Assembly (NCBI GenBank): GCA_965116225.1
Contig: OZ220495.1
Span: 2,261,405-2,325,404, forward strand
From: Dehalococcoidia bacterium
GTDB taxonomy: Bacteria > Chloroflexota > Dehalococcoidia > Bin125
Reading direction: 5' to 3'
DNA length: 64,000 nucleotides
The notes under the pieces are model-generated. The model worked only from the letters and a program-made list of their open reading frames with translations. It had not been told where the DNA came from and made no database searches. Below, piece after piece: positions 36,559 to 45,863 of the stretch (position 1 is the first letter of the stretch; each line of letters opens with the position of its first letter). The translations under genes were made by a program, and so were the position numbers.

Positions 36559-37146
36559 TTGTTCGGCGACAGGAGTGGAACGGTGGTCGAGACGGTTACA
36601 GTACTGAGCCCACTCGCGCATGTTGCCGTGCGAGAGGCGACGCCGGCGTCGCGACCTACATCCCTCGACGGGCTTCGCCCCGGCATCCTCGAAAATCGCA
36701 AAGCGAACGCTCGACTACTGATGGAGACCATGGTCGAACGACTCGGCGAACGCTTCGATCTCGGGCCACTGGTCGTCGGCAGCAAACCGGTTGGCGGGCC
36801 GCCGACCGATGCGACCATCGACGCGTTGCGCAACGGAGCCGATTTCCTGCTCATCGGCAGCTGCGATTGAGGTAGCTGCACGACGTGGAGTGTCCACGCC
36901 GCTGTCCTGTTTGAAGAGCTGGGTATCCCGACAGTCACGGTCGGCACATCGGCCTTTACCGATTTGCTACAGCTGGAAGCCGAACAGCGCGGTCTGCCGC
37001 AACTCGACCGCCTGATCGTGCCGCATCCGCTCGGCGGCCTGCGTCCCGATCGCGTACGAGCGCGGGTGGACGACACCGTGTTGGATCGGCTCGAGTCCGC
37101 CCTGCTCGGCCAGGCCGGTCGAGCTGGACGGGCGGTTGCCTCGTGA
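36559..37146 (+). CDS. UGSC-family selenoprotein; in-frame TGA at 36868-36870 read as selenocysteine (...LLIGSCD-U-GSC-TTW...)
   Basis: Six-frame ORFs 36559..36870 and the downstream frame-continuous ORF ending 37146 are joined by a single TGA. The residues after the TGA are G-S-C, giving the eponymous U-G-S-C motif. Hairpin cgtgga-gtg-tccacg lies 14 nt downstream of the UGA. The stop at 37146 overlaps the next start (GTGA). Confidence 0.6.
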
Positions 37147-38201
37147 CGACGCTTCAGGGCCGCGAAGCCGATCGGTTCACATTGCCCTCTGACCCGTTCG
37201 ACTTTTCCCAGGAGTGCATCCGCCGCGGCTGGTCGGACGGCTTGCCGCTGATTCCACCGACACCTGAGCGCGTCGCGACGATGCTTGCAGCCTCAAACCG
37301 CGACCCGCTGGAGGTGTTGGGCGTGCTCGCACCGCGACAGGGCGAGGCAACGGTACAGGCAGTCGCGATCAACGCCGTCATGGCTGGTTGTCGCCCGCCG
37401 CAATTCCCGATCGTGCTCGCCGCGGTCGAGGCGCTTGCCCAGCCGCTATTCAATCTCGATGGCATCAACGCCACGACGCATCCCTGCGCGGTGTTCGTGC
37501 TGGGATCTGGACCGATCGCGCGCGCGGCAGGCATCCACGGCGGCTCGGGCTGCTTCGGACCAACATTTCCCGCCAACGCCACCATTGGCCGCGCTGTCCG
37601 ACTGTCCCAGCTCAACATTGCCGGCGCGACGCCCGGTCGCGGCGACCGCGCTACCCAGGGCACGCCGGCCAAATTCACCTTCTGCGCCAGCGAGCGCGAG
37701 GACGCCTCGCCGTGGCCGCCGTTTCAGACCACTCGCGGACTCAACGTCGAGGACAGTTGCGTCACCACTTGGGCCTGCGAAGGTCCGCACAACATCCAGG
37801 ATCATGGCAGCAACACCGCTGCCGGCATCCTGCAGACCGTCGCCGGCGCGATGGGTCAGGCGGGCTCGAACAATATTTTGGGCAAGGGCGAGCCGCTGCT
37901 TGCGTTCGGGCCCGAGCACGCCGAGACTGTCGCCTCCGCAGGCTGGACCCGCGAGTCCGTCCAGGAGTATCTTTGGGAGCACGCGCGCTATCCCGCCAGC
38001 AAGCTCAGCGACGAATTCCTCGAATCCGTCAACATCCGCATGGCGGGCGGCATCCTACCGACGCACGGTACCGACGAATCACTGCCGATCTCCGACAGGC
38101 CGGAAGAAATCCACATCATCGTCGCTGGCGGCCCCGGCAAACACTCGTCATGGATGCCGACGTTCGGCGGTACGACGCGCCCCGTCACCATTCGGTTGTA
38201 G
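37143..38201 (+). CDS. Conserved hypothetical protein (352 aa), translationally coupled to the UGSC selenoprotein gene
   Basis: GTG 37143 overlaps the upstream TGA. Gly-rich soluble protein with no recognisable motif by eye. Confidence 0.5.
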   Translation: MTTLQGREADRFTLPSDPFDFSQECIRRGWSDGLPLIPPTPERVATMLAASNRDPLEVLGVLAPRQGEATVQAVAINAVMAGCRPPQFPIVLAAVEALAQPLFNLDGINATTHPCAVFVLGSGPIARAAGIHGGSGCFGPTFPANATIGRAVRLSQLNIAGATPGRGDRATQGTPAKFTFCASEREDASPWPPFQTTRGLNVEDSCVTTWACEGPHNIQDHGSNTAAGILQTVAGAMGQAGSNNILGKGEPLLAFGPEHAETVASAGWTRESVQEYLWEHARYPASKLSDEFLESVNIRMAGGILPTHGTDESLPISDRPEEIHIIVAGGPGKHSSWMPTFGGTTRPVTIRL

Positions 38202-38205
38202 TTGG

Positions 38206-39186
38206 TTATGGTGCGAGGTTGAGTCTGTCCGCTTGGTCGGCAAACCCGGCCGGTCGTTCTCCCGCATGGAACTGCACCAGCTTCAAGAACCGATCATGAA
38301 AGATCGGATCGCGCTGTACATAATCCGCTTCGGCGAACGGCGCGTCGGGTGCTTCCTCCGCATGGTCCAGTGGCGAGATCCATCTCATCGCCGGGGAGAG
38401 CGCCGGTCGCGGCAGACTACGTGTGGGAACCCACGACTCGTCGATCAGGTAACCGGTCGCCGAAAGATCCCAGACTTCCTTCGAACGACCTGGATATTGC
38501 TCGTTGTGATCGCGAAAGATATCTGCGAGATATTCACCGATCGCGCCTTGCGGTCTCACATACGCATCGAGCTCCGCCGTGCTAGTCAGCAGATGCGACG
38601 CCGCTCCGTAGCAGGGAATGTGTATCAACGGCGCGCCGCTGGCGAAGACTGTCCGAGCCGCGACGGGATCCTGATACAGATTGAACTCGCGCGCGTCATG
38701 CGCGTGCTGCGCCTGTCCGCCCAGCCAGACGATGCAGATGCGTTCGGCGATCTCGGGCGTCTGATACAGTGCCGATGCCACGTTGGTGAGTGCGCCGATC
38801 GCCGCAACCCAGAGGCGGCCGTCGCGCGGCGACATGGCGCGGCGGATCAGGTCGTCCGACGCGGCATTGGCGACGCTGCGGCGGCTATCAGACAGAAACT
38901 CATCCGCGCCTCGCAGGACGCGGCCAGCCGGAGCGACGTTCAGCCGTTCGAGCAGCCGATGGATCTCAGCTTCCGATTTCGCCACGCCATCGGCGGGCGG
39001 CATACCCTCGCGGGAGAACAGCGTCGCGTGGATCGCCTCCAGTTGCAGCCGATCCTGCGAGAGTAATGTGTGAACGACCGCGAACTGATCGTCGATCTCA
39101 TTCGCCGTGTCGGTGTCGAGCACCATCGGCGTCCGATTTGGTGGGCCGGGCGGCGAGAGTACGTCATAGAGGGCATCATGCTGCAT
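38206..39186 (-). CDS. Inosine-uridine preferring nucleoside hydrolase family protein
   Basis: N-terminal MVLDTDTANEIDDQFAV (Asp cluster DxDxxxDD of IU-nucleoside hydrolases). Start may instead be at MVLDT. Confidence 0.75.
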   Translation of the reverse strand: MQHDALYDVLSPPGPPNRTPMVLDTDTANEIDDQFAVVHTLLSQDRLQLEAIHATLFSREGMPPADGVAKSEAEIHRLLERLNVAPAGRVLRGADEFLSDSRRSVANAASDDLIRRAMSPRDGRLWVAAIGALTNVASALYQTPEIAERICIVWLGGQAQHAHDAREFNLYQDPVAARTVFASGAPLIHIPCYGAASHLLTSTAELDAYVRPQGAIGEYLADIFRDHNEQYPGRSKEVWDLSATGYLIDESWVPTRSLPRPALSPAMRWISPLDHAEEAPDAPFAEADYVQRDPIFHDRFLKLVQFHAGERPAGFADQADRLNLAP

Positions 39187-39260
39187 CGGCTCAGCCTACC
39201 TGCGCCTGTGAGGTCGTAGTCTGTGAGCGTAGGCGCAACCACAACCGAAAGGATTCCAGG

Positions 39261-40097
39261 ATGAAATACGGCGTGTTCATCTTTGCGACCGATCTGGCGA
39301 TGGATCCGGCATCGTTGGCGGTCGCGGCGGAGGAACGGGGGTTTGAGTCGCTGTTCGTGCCTGAACATGTCCACATGCCGGTCGATCGCGAGACGCGGTT
39401 CCCGCGCTCTGAGGACGGCTCCCTGCCGGACGAGTATCGGCGCATCCACGATCCGTTCGTGGCGCTGGGCGCAGCTGCGGGCGCGACATCGGAGATCCGG
39501 TTGGGTACCGGCATCTGTCTGGTGACGGAGCACGAGCCGATCGCGCTCGCCAAGCAGATTGCATCGCTGGACATGATCTCAGGCGGTCGCTTTGACTTCG
39601 GCATCGGGGCCGGCTGGTTAGCGGAGGAGATGGAGCCGTTGGGCGTTCGTTTCGCCGATCGCTGGAGGGTGACCGAGCAGCGGATTGCGGCAATGAAGGA
39701 GATGTGGACGCAGGATGTGGCCGAATTCCACTCGGAGTTCGTCGAGATTCCGCGAACGCAGGTGATCCCGCAGCCTGTGCAGAATCCGCATCCGCCGATC
39801 TTGATCGGCGCGGGCAGCAAGTGGGCCCGTCAGCGAGTGGTCGACTGGGCCGATGGCTGGTTGCCCAACATCACCGCGCCCGGCTTCGTCGAGCGCGGCA
39901 TTCAGGACATTCAGTCGAGAGCGCACGATGCCGGCCGCGACTTCGACGAGATCTCGATCCATGTCTTCGGCGCGCAGGAAGACGCGTTGGCCGAATATGA
40001 ACGGATGGGCGTCGACCGCTGTATCTTTCGACTACCCGACAAGGGTACCGACGTCGTCGTGCCTGAACTGGATCGCCTGGCGGCGCTAATCGCGTAG
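39261..40097 (+). CDS. LLM-class F420-dependent oxidoreductase
   Basis: MKYGVFIFATDLAMDPASLAVAAEERGFESLFVPEHVHMP... is typical of the TIGR03619-type F420-dependent LLM. AAAGGA RBS upstream of ATG 39261. Confidence 0.75.
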   Translation: MKYGVFIFATDLAMDPASLAVAAEERGFESLFVPEHVHMPVDRETRFPRSEDGSLPDEYRRIHDPFVALGAAAGATSEIRLGTGICLVTEHEPIALAKQIASLDMISGGRFDFGIGAGWLAEEMEPLGVRFADRWRVTEQRIAAMKEMWTQDVAEFHSEFVEIPRTQVIPQPVQNPHPPILIGAGSKWARQRVVDWADGWLPNITAPGFVERGIQDIQSRAHDAGRDFDEISIHVFGAQEDALAEYERMGVDRCIFRLPDKGTDVVVPELDRLAALIA

Positions 40098-40116
40098 TGA
40101 ACACGCCTAATGACCG

Positions 40117-40611
40117 CTATTTGTAGCGACGCCCGCGTTGATCGCGGTTGCGATCACCCCGGTACTTGTAGACGGGCACGCCATAGCCGCATGAGGTCTG
40201 CGTGCAATCGACGCTGATCTCGATCACCTGCCGCTCGGGCGTCGGCATCTCCTGTGAGCGAAGGGTTTTGGCCTGCTCGGCGAGCGCCGACTCTTCCAGC
40301 GGCATCGCTTTGGCGTGTCCGTAAAGTCGTACAATCGCAGCGTCCTCGTCGAAGGACGTGACCAGGATTGTGATCGGACCGCCGGCGGCACTGTGCCGCG
40401 CGGTCTCGTTGCCGCTGCCTCGGAAGTCGAAGTAAGCCAGCGTATTGCGGTCGATGATCTGTAAGTCGGCCGCGCCTTTGGGCGAGAGATTGACTGCGCC
40501 CTGACCATCTGGCCCCTCGCCCAGCGATGGGTCGGCAGAGGCGACGAAGAAAACTTTCGCGTTGCGAATCAGCTCCGCCTGCTCGTCGGTAATGTGGTCG
40601 ATCATCGGCAT
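40117..40611 (-). CDS. Pyridoxamine 5'-phosphate oxidase-family (FMN/F420-binding split-barrel) protein
   Basis: 164 aa with a PPOX-class pattern (VFFVASADP...GAVNLSPKG...). Confidence 0.6.
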   Translation of the reverse strand: MPMIDHITDEQAELIRNAKVFFVASADPSLGEGPDGQGAVNLSPKGAADLQIIDRNTLAYFDFRGSGNETARHSAAGGPITILVTSFDEDAAIVRLYGHAKAMPLEESALAEQAKTLRSQEMPTPERQVIEISVDCTQTSCGYGVPVYKYRGDRNRDQRGRRYK

Positions 40612-40614
40612 CGG

Positions 40615-41163
40615 TCAGCGCTTTCTATTGCGAGTGCCTTGTTGGACTTCCTGCGTCGTGCGTCGATAGGTGCGGCCCAGCAACCTCGCCGCGCCGCGCA
40701 AGCTCGCTTCCGCATCCTGCGAGGCCTGTTTAATCCGTTGTTGCGTATCGGCCTGTTTGGGCATCAGCGCTGTGACCAGCTCGTCGAAATGCCGCTGGTC
40801 CGACGCGGCGAGCTGGACGAACCAATCGGTCGTCGCTGCGCCGGGCCCTGCGTTCTGCAACTCCAGAAACACGGTGGTCAGGGCGTAGATCGTCTCGTCG
40901 TTGCTATGCAGGCGGGGCCACAACTCCCCGTACGCTTCGGGTTGAGATTGCCTGAACGGTCCTGCCAGCCAGATCAGGAATCGACGTCGATCCTCGCCGC
41001 GAGTCGTAGGCGCGGCCAGCCGCTGGGCGATCTGCGCGGCGACCCGTGGCGCGGCGGAGCCGGCGATCGCCTTGGCTGCCTGTTGGATCAGAAAGTGCGA
41101 CATGCGGTCACGATACCGAACCGCCAATCGCCGTGCCGTTATTCGCTGATCATGACCGCGCAT
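40615..41163 (-). CDS. Hypothetical protein
   Basis: 182-aa ORF in coding-like high-GC frame; no recognisable motif. Confidence 0.35.
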   Translation of the reverse strand: MRGHDQRITARRLAVRYRDRMSHFLIQQAAKAIAGSAAPRVAAQIAQRLAAPTTRGEDRRRFLIWLAGPFRQSQPEAYGELWPRLHSNDETIYALTTVFLELQNAGPGAATTDWFVQLAASDQRHFDELVTALMPKQADTQQRIKQASQDAEASLRGAARLLGRTYRRTTQEVQQGTRNRKR

Positions 41164-42007
41164 TCCACGATGTCCAGGTCGCGCGGGTTAGGCGACGTAC
41201 CTCGCCACGCGCGAGCGATGCAGTCACGATATCCCAGTTGCCGCCGTCATGAAGATGGAATGCGCATCGGTCCAGGTTGGTCGGATGCAACGCTGGCGCA
41301 CCCGCCGGTGACGGAAGGTGCGAGAGATCGGAGATCGAGTTGTCGAGGTGGATGATCATTAGCCTGGCGTGGCGGATGAAGACGATGTCGCCGTCGGCCG
41401 CGATGGCCGGAGCGCAGTCGGACGGGTTACTGGTCCGTTGGCTGGTCCCGCCGCTTGCAACGCCAAGCTCCTCGATACCGCCTCGTGCGAACACGATCAC
41501 CGTTCCATCAGCCGACCAGTGCGGCTGATCCGCATCGTGCAACAATAGGCGTTCGGTTCCATCCGGCTCGCGCACGAAGAGATCGCGATCGCGCACAAAG
41601 GCTAGTTGACCGTCCGGCGACCAAGTCGGTTGAGCGGCGTCTCTGACGAGAACCGCGCGCTGCTGTCCATCAGGCGAGATGACCTCGATCTGGTGATTGC
41701 GTTCGACCGCGATCCAGGCACCGTCGGGTGACCAGGCGGGATCGTCGGCCGTGGCGCCGCTGGTCAGTCGGATCGCTTCGCCGCCATCGGCGGGCATGGC
41801 GTACAGGTCCCATCCCTCGGCGCGATTGCTGAGGAAGGCGATCCACTGGCCGTCGGGCGACCAGGTGGGCGACATCCCGTTTACGGCGGAGATCAGTTCC
41901 ATGCCTGAGGTCCCATGTGCGATACGGTACGTGCCGTGAGTGGTATCCGACACTTCACGGTGACGACGTTCGTCTCGATGCGCGGCGCGACGCTGCTGCA
42001 CTGGCAT
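41150..42007 (-). CDS. TolB-like PD40 beta-propeller repeat protein
   Basis: Repeated WSPDG motifs (TWSPDGQWIAF, AWSPDGAWIAV, TWSPDGQLAFV, HWSADGTVIVF). Start uncertain. Confidence 0.6.
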   Translation of the reverse strand: MPVQQRRAAHRDERRHREVSDTTHGTYRIAHGTSGMELISAVNGMSPTWSPDGQWIAFLSNRAEGWDLYAMPADGGEAIRLTSGATADDPAWSPDGAWIAVERNHQIEVISPDGQQRAVLVRDAAQPTWSPDGQLAFVRDRDLFVREPDGTERLLLHDADQPHWSADGTVIVFARGGIEELGVASGGTSQRTSNPSDCAPAIAADGDIVFIRHARLMIIHLDNSISDLSHLPSPAGAPALHPTNLDRCAFHLHDGGNWDIVTASLARGEVRRLTRATWTSWNARS

Positions 42008-42436
42008 CGTAAAGTTGGCTTATGGCTGCCGCCGGGCGGTCATATTGAACCGAGCGAAGATCCCATACAGGCCGCGCGCCGCGAGGCGCTTGAGGAAACG
42101 GGGATCGTCGTGGATATCCTGCCGACCACCGAGCTGTTCGACTACGCCGATCCGCCCCAACTGTCGCCGCCGGCGACGATCATGGTCGAGCCGATCCGAT
42201 CGTTCGGCGGCGAACCGGCGCATGAGCACATCGACATGATCTATTTCTCCCGCCCGACGACAGACGCGCGACCCGGTCCGCCGAGCGAGTCCTGGCGATG
42301 GGTGGGACGCAAGCAACTGGAGAACGGCGCGCCGTTGACGCTCGATGGCATCATAGTGCGCATCTCAAACGACGTGCGGGAGTTGGGCATGGCGGCGATT
42401 GATCGTGTTACGAAGCTTGAAGGGTCCACCGCGTGA
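41915..42436 (+). CDS. NUDIX hydrolase
   Basis: Nudix box GGHIEPSEDPIQAARREALEETGI. Start uncertain (41915-41978). Confidence 0.65.
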   Translation: MCDTVRAVSGIRHFTVTTFVSMRGATLLHWHRKVGLWLPPGGHIEPSEDPIQAARREALEETGIVVDILPTTELFDYADPPQLSPPATIMVEPIRSFGGEPAHEHIDMIYFSRPTTDARPGPPSESWRWVGRKQLENGAPLTLDGIIVRISNDVRELGMAAIDRVTKLEGSTA

Positions 42437-42447
42437 TATCTGCGCAG

Positions 42448-43695
42448 ATGATCCGTGAGGATTCGGAAGCGGTCCGACGTTCGCTGGCGCGTCGGCGAGC
42501 TGAGGCACCACTGGACGAAGCCATCGCGGTCGATCATCAGCGGCGCGAGATTCTGGTTGAACTAGAAGAGTTGCGAGCTGCGCGGAACGCCGCAGGACGC
42601 GCGATCAGCAAGGTCGGGGGCGACCCGGAGCGACAACGGCTGATCGCGGCGCAGCGGGAATCGGCGACGCGAATTGATCAACTCGAAACGGAACTGCGCC
42701 AGACGGAACTGTCACTTAACGATCTGCTGTCAGAGATCCCCAACCTGCTCAGCGCCGACACGCCCGACGGCGACGGCGAAGAATCCAACGTCGAAGTTCG
42801 CGCTTGGGGCAAGCGGCGGTCGTTCGACTTCGAGCCGAAGCCGCACTGGGATCTCGGCGAAGCGTTGGGCATTATCGATATCGAGCGGGCGGCCGCAATG
42901 TCCGGCTCACGCATGTACGCGCTGCGTGGTGCCGGCGCTCGCTTGCAACGCGCGTTGATTGGTTGGTTCCTCGACTGCCACCAGGCTTCCGGCTATGAGG
43001 AATGTTACGTCCCCGCGATGGTGCGCAAAGAGGCGATGCGCGCTTCGGGCCAGCTGCCGAAATTCCACGACAACCTCTACCGCGACGAGGAGGAGGACTA
43101 TCTCTTCGTCCCCACCGCCGAGGTACCGCTGACCAACATGCACGCGAACGAGATTCTTCCGGAGGAACAGCTACCTATCCGCTACGCGGCGCACACGCCG
43201 TGTTTCCGCCGCGAGAAAGCCAGCGCCGGACGTGATGTGCGCGGCATCAAGCGAGTGCACCAGTTCGAGAAAGTCGAGATGTACCAGTTCACCACGCCGG
43301 AGACTTCGGGCGCCGCGTTGAGCGAGATGCTCGCCTCAGCCGAGGCGCTGCTACAAGGCCTGGAGCTTGAGTACCGCGTGCTGCAAATCTGCAGCGGCGA
43401 TATCGGTTTCAATGCCGCGGTCTCGTACGACCTCGAAATCTGGGCGCCCGGTGCACGGGAATGGCTCGAGGTGTCGAGCGTGTCCAGCTGCACCGATTTC
43501 CAAGCGCGACGGGCCAACGTTCGCTATCGCCCCTCGATGGGCAAAGGCACGCGATTCGTCCACACGTTGAATGGCTCCGGTCTGGCGTTGCCGCGAACGA
43601 TCGCCGCTCTGCTGGAGAACGGGCAGCAGGCCGATGGATCGATCATCCTGCCCGAGGTACTGGCTGCGCGAATCGGTTCTCGTGTCATCACTTGA
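42448..43695 (+). CDS. serS: Seryl-tRNA synthetase
   Basis: MIREDSEAVRRSL... N-terminal coiled-coil arm. Class II motifs (FRREKASAGRDVRGIKRVHQFEKVEM; GSGLALPRTIAALLEN). Confidence 0.9.
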   Translation: MIREDSEAVRRSLARRRAEAPLDEAIAVDHQRREILVELEELRAARNAAGRAISKVGGDPERQRLIAAQRESATRIDQLETELRQTELSLNDLLSEIPNLLSADTPDGDGEESNVEVRAWGKRRSFDFEPKPHWDLGEALGIIDIERAAAMSGSRMYALRGAGARLQRALIGWFLDCHQASGYEECYVPAMVRKEAMRASGQLPKFHDNLYRDEEEDYLFVPTAEVPLTNMHANEILPEEQLPIRYAAHTPCFRREKASAGRDVRGIKRVHQFEKVEMYQFTTPETSGAALSEMLASAEALLQGLELEYRVLQICSGDIGFNAAVSYDLEIWAPGAREWLEVSSVSSCTDFQARRANVRYRPSMGKGTRFVHTLNGSGLALPRTIAALLENGQQADGSIILPEVLAARIGSRVIT

Positions 43696-44569
43696 TCGCT
43701 ACCTCGAAGCGAATCGGGCTCGCTGGGACGAGTCGGTCGCGGTGCACGCAGCCTCGGAGTTCTACGGCGTCGAACGGTTCTTGGCTGGCGCATCGACGCT
43801 GTTGCAACTGGATCTGGATGAGCTGGGTGACGTCGCCGGCAAGTCGCTGCTACACCTACAGTGCCACTTCGGCCTCGACACGCTGTCGTGGGCTCGACTG
43901 GGGGCGGACGTGGTCGGCGTCGATTTCGCGCCCTCGGCGATTGCCACGGCGCGCGAGCTTGCGGAACGCGCCGACCTGCAGGCGACGTTTGTCGAATCGG
44001 AGTTGTACGCAACGCCCAACGTTCTGGCCGACTGGCTGGGAAGGTTCGATGTCGTCTACGTCAACCTGGGCGCGTTGTGTTGGCTGCCAGATATCGCCGG
44101 TTGGGCGCGGGTCTGCGCCGGGTTCCTGCGCGATGGCGGCGTGCTCTACGTCCGAGATGTGCATCCCGTCACGCAGACGCTGGACGATAAAGCGGGCGCG
44201 GGAGAGCTGCGGCTGTGCTATCCCTACTTCGAAACGATTCAACCGCAGCACTGGAGCGGCGATAGCGACTACGCGAACCTGTCGGCCCACTTCGCGCACC
44301 AGGACGTATACGAGTGGAATCATGGGCTGGGCGAGATCGTCTCGGCCGTGGTCGACGCTGGCTGTCGCATCGATTTCCTGCGCGAGCAGGAGTGGACGGT
44401 TTATCGGGCGTTGCCCTGGCTGGTCGAGGTCGAGCCCGGGGTCTGGCGATTGTTCGATCGCGGCGGCGCGGCGGATCGCCGATTGCCGCTGATGTTCTCG
44501 CTTCGCGCGACAAAGGCTGCTCCTCGGGTCGCTACTCGACACTTCCCATCGGCTCTTCCTTCCAGGTGA
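43682..44569 (+). CDS. Class I SAM-dependent methyltransferase
   Basis: Methyltransferase motif I region LLHLQCHFGLD...VVGVDFAPSAIATARE. GTG start overlapping the serS 3' end. Confidence 0.6.
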   Translation: MSSLDRYLEANRARWDESVAVHAASEFYGVERFLAGASTLLQLDLDELGDVAGKSLLHLQCHFGLDTLSWARLGADVVGVDFAPSAIATARELAERADLQATFVESELYATPNVLADWLGRFDVVYVNLGALCWLPDIAGWARVCAGFLRDGGVLYVRDVHPVTQTLDDKAGAGELRLCYPYFETIQPQHWSGDSDYANLSAHFAHQDVYEWNHGLGEIVSAVVDAGCRIDFLREQEWTVYRALPWLVEVEPGVWRLFDRGGAADRRLPLMFSLRATKAAPRVATRHFPSALPSR

Positions 44570-44933
44570 AGAACGGCCCGCCGATCTTGACGTGTACCGG
44601 CTCGGTGAAGGTGGGCTGCGTGGCCAGCGTGAGTTCGTGACGGGCGCGAGCGCCACGCGCCAACTTGTCCCGCACGTCGTCCGGGCCGCGCCACGTGTCC
44701 TCCCGAGCTCTGGTGGCGCGCCAATGCTCGCGATCGGTGTACTGGGTGAGCAGAATTACCATCTCGCAAGGTTCGTCGATCTCAACGTGCGGATGCGGCT
44801 CCTCGGCCCGGAACATGCCCAGGATGCGAGCGCCAGCCGCCTCGATCGACGGCCAGATCTCTTCCCGACTGATCCGTTCGAACTCATCAAACGATCCTGT
44901 GCGAATCCAGAACCTGCGCATCACGACGAGCAT
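44532..44933 (-). CDS. Hypothetical small protein (possible NIPSNAP/Dabb-like alpha+beta barrel)
   Basis: 133-aa ORF in coding-like frame; no definitive motif. Confidence 0.35.
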   Translation of the reverse strand: MLVVMRRFWIRTGSFDEFERISREEIWPSIEAAGARILGMFRAEEPHPHVEIDEPCEMVILLTQYTDREHWRATRAREDTWRGPDDVRDKLARGARARHELTLATQPTFTEPVHVKIGGPFFTWKEEPMGSVE

Positions 44934-45031
44934 CGGTCGCCTCCTGTTCAGCGCCTAGCATTATGGCGCAGACGGCACTGATAGCAACACCAGAACCCGG
45001 GCGGGATTCAAGCAGAATATAAGGAGCGCAT

Positions 45032-45640
45032 ATGAGCATCCTGCGGCGCATCTTTCGGCGCGGTCCCGACGCCAGGTCGACGGAGATGATCATCGACATA
45101 TTGGCGACACGCGATATGAGTGGACGCGCGGCAATCGATCCTGAGCAGATCGTGCGCGGGATGCATCTGGCGCCAGCCACGCGCGCGATCGCCGTGATCG
45201 AGCTGGACAGCGCCGAGGTGCCGTTGCGTCACGTCGTAGTGTCGAGAATCGGCGGGGACGCGGCTGGACATATGGGAAAGATCACAGTGACCGGGACGCA
45301 CGCGGTGCTCGATCGGGCGGCGTTACCGTCAGCCTGGCCGAACGGTTGGGCCACGCCGATCTTGGCTCAACCCCAGGATAGTGGTTTGTTCGTGTGGCAT
45401 CCCCTCGACGTAACCGGCGCGGGCGCAGCGGAAGCGGCCTCGCTGCTCACGGCGAGCGATCGGATTGCGCGCGTGGTGCAGTCCATGTTGAATGAGCCGC
45501 AGACGATACAGGTTGAGGTGGTGCCCGCAGCGTCGATCGTGCGCGTCTCGGCGCATCAGGTCGTGAGCGCATTGCCCCAGCCGGCGACGGTCGAGGCGGT
45601 CCTGACAGTGGCGCGGTCGATTGCCGCAATCGCTGAGTGA
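45032..45640 (+). CDS. Hypothetical protein
   Basis: 202-aa ORF in coding-like frame; no recognisable motif. Confidence 0.35.
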   Translation: MSILRRIFRRGPDARSTEMIIDILATRDMSGRAAIDPEQIVRGMHLAPATRAIAVIELDSAEVPLRHVVVSRIGGDAAGHMGKITVTGTHAVLDRAALPSAWPNGWATPILAQPQDSGLFVWHPLDVTGAGAAEAASLLTASDRIARVVQSMLNEPQTIQVEVVPAASIVRVSAHQVVSALPQPATVEAVLTVARSIAAIAE

Positions 45641-45654
45641 ACCGGTCGCGACGC

Positions 45655-45744
45655 TGGAGGAGGGGGAGGGATTCGAACCCTCGAGACGCTGACGCGCCTA
45701 ACGGTTTTCAAGACCGCCGCCTTCGTCCGCTCGGCCACCCCTCC
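45655..45744 (-). tRNA. tRNA-Ser (anticodon UGA), with encoded CCA
   Basis: Reverse complement reads GGAGGGGTGGCCGAGCGG...CGGTC-TTGAAAA-CCG... with a long variable arm, T-loop GGTTCGAATCC, acceptor 3' CCCCTCC-T-CCA. Anticodon loop CU-UGA-AA. Confidence 0.85.
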
Positions 45745-45863
45745 GGGACATCCAGCGTACCAACTACTGCTAGCTGAAATCCGCACCCGCGCTGCCGTCG
45801 AGGACGGGTGGGCGGGTGCAGACAACAAACCGAGTTTTCCACGGCAGTGGGAATGACGAGCTT

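Noticed and set aside
37285-39066. 593-aa + strand ORF spanning two genes
   Set aside because: Out-of-frame overlap of the 352-aa hypothetical gene and antisense to the nucleoside hydrolase gene. Pro/Arg/Ser-rich. No support.
38790-39260. 157-aa upstream extension of the F420-dependent LLM ORF
   Set aside because: Arg/Pro/Ala-rich, antisense to the nucleoside hydrolase gene. The true start MKYGVF has an RBS at 39248-39253.
45655-45744. Possibility that this tRNA is tRNA-Sec serving the UGSC selenoprotein
   Set aside because: Anticodon is UGA (reads UCA Ser codons), not UCA. Acceptor and D-arm geometry is standard 7/3-4 tRNA-Ser, not the 8/5 or 9/4 Sec form.
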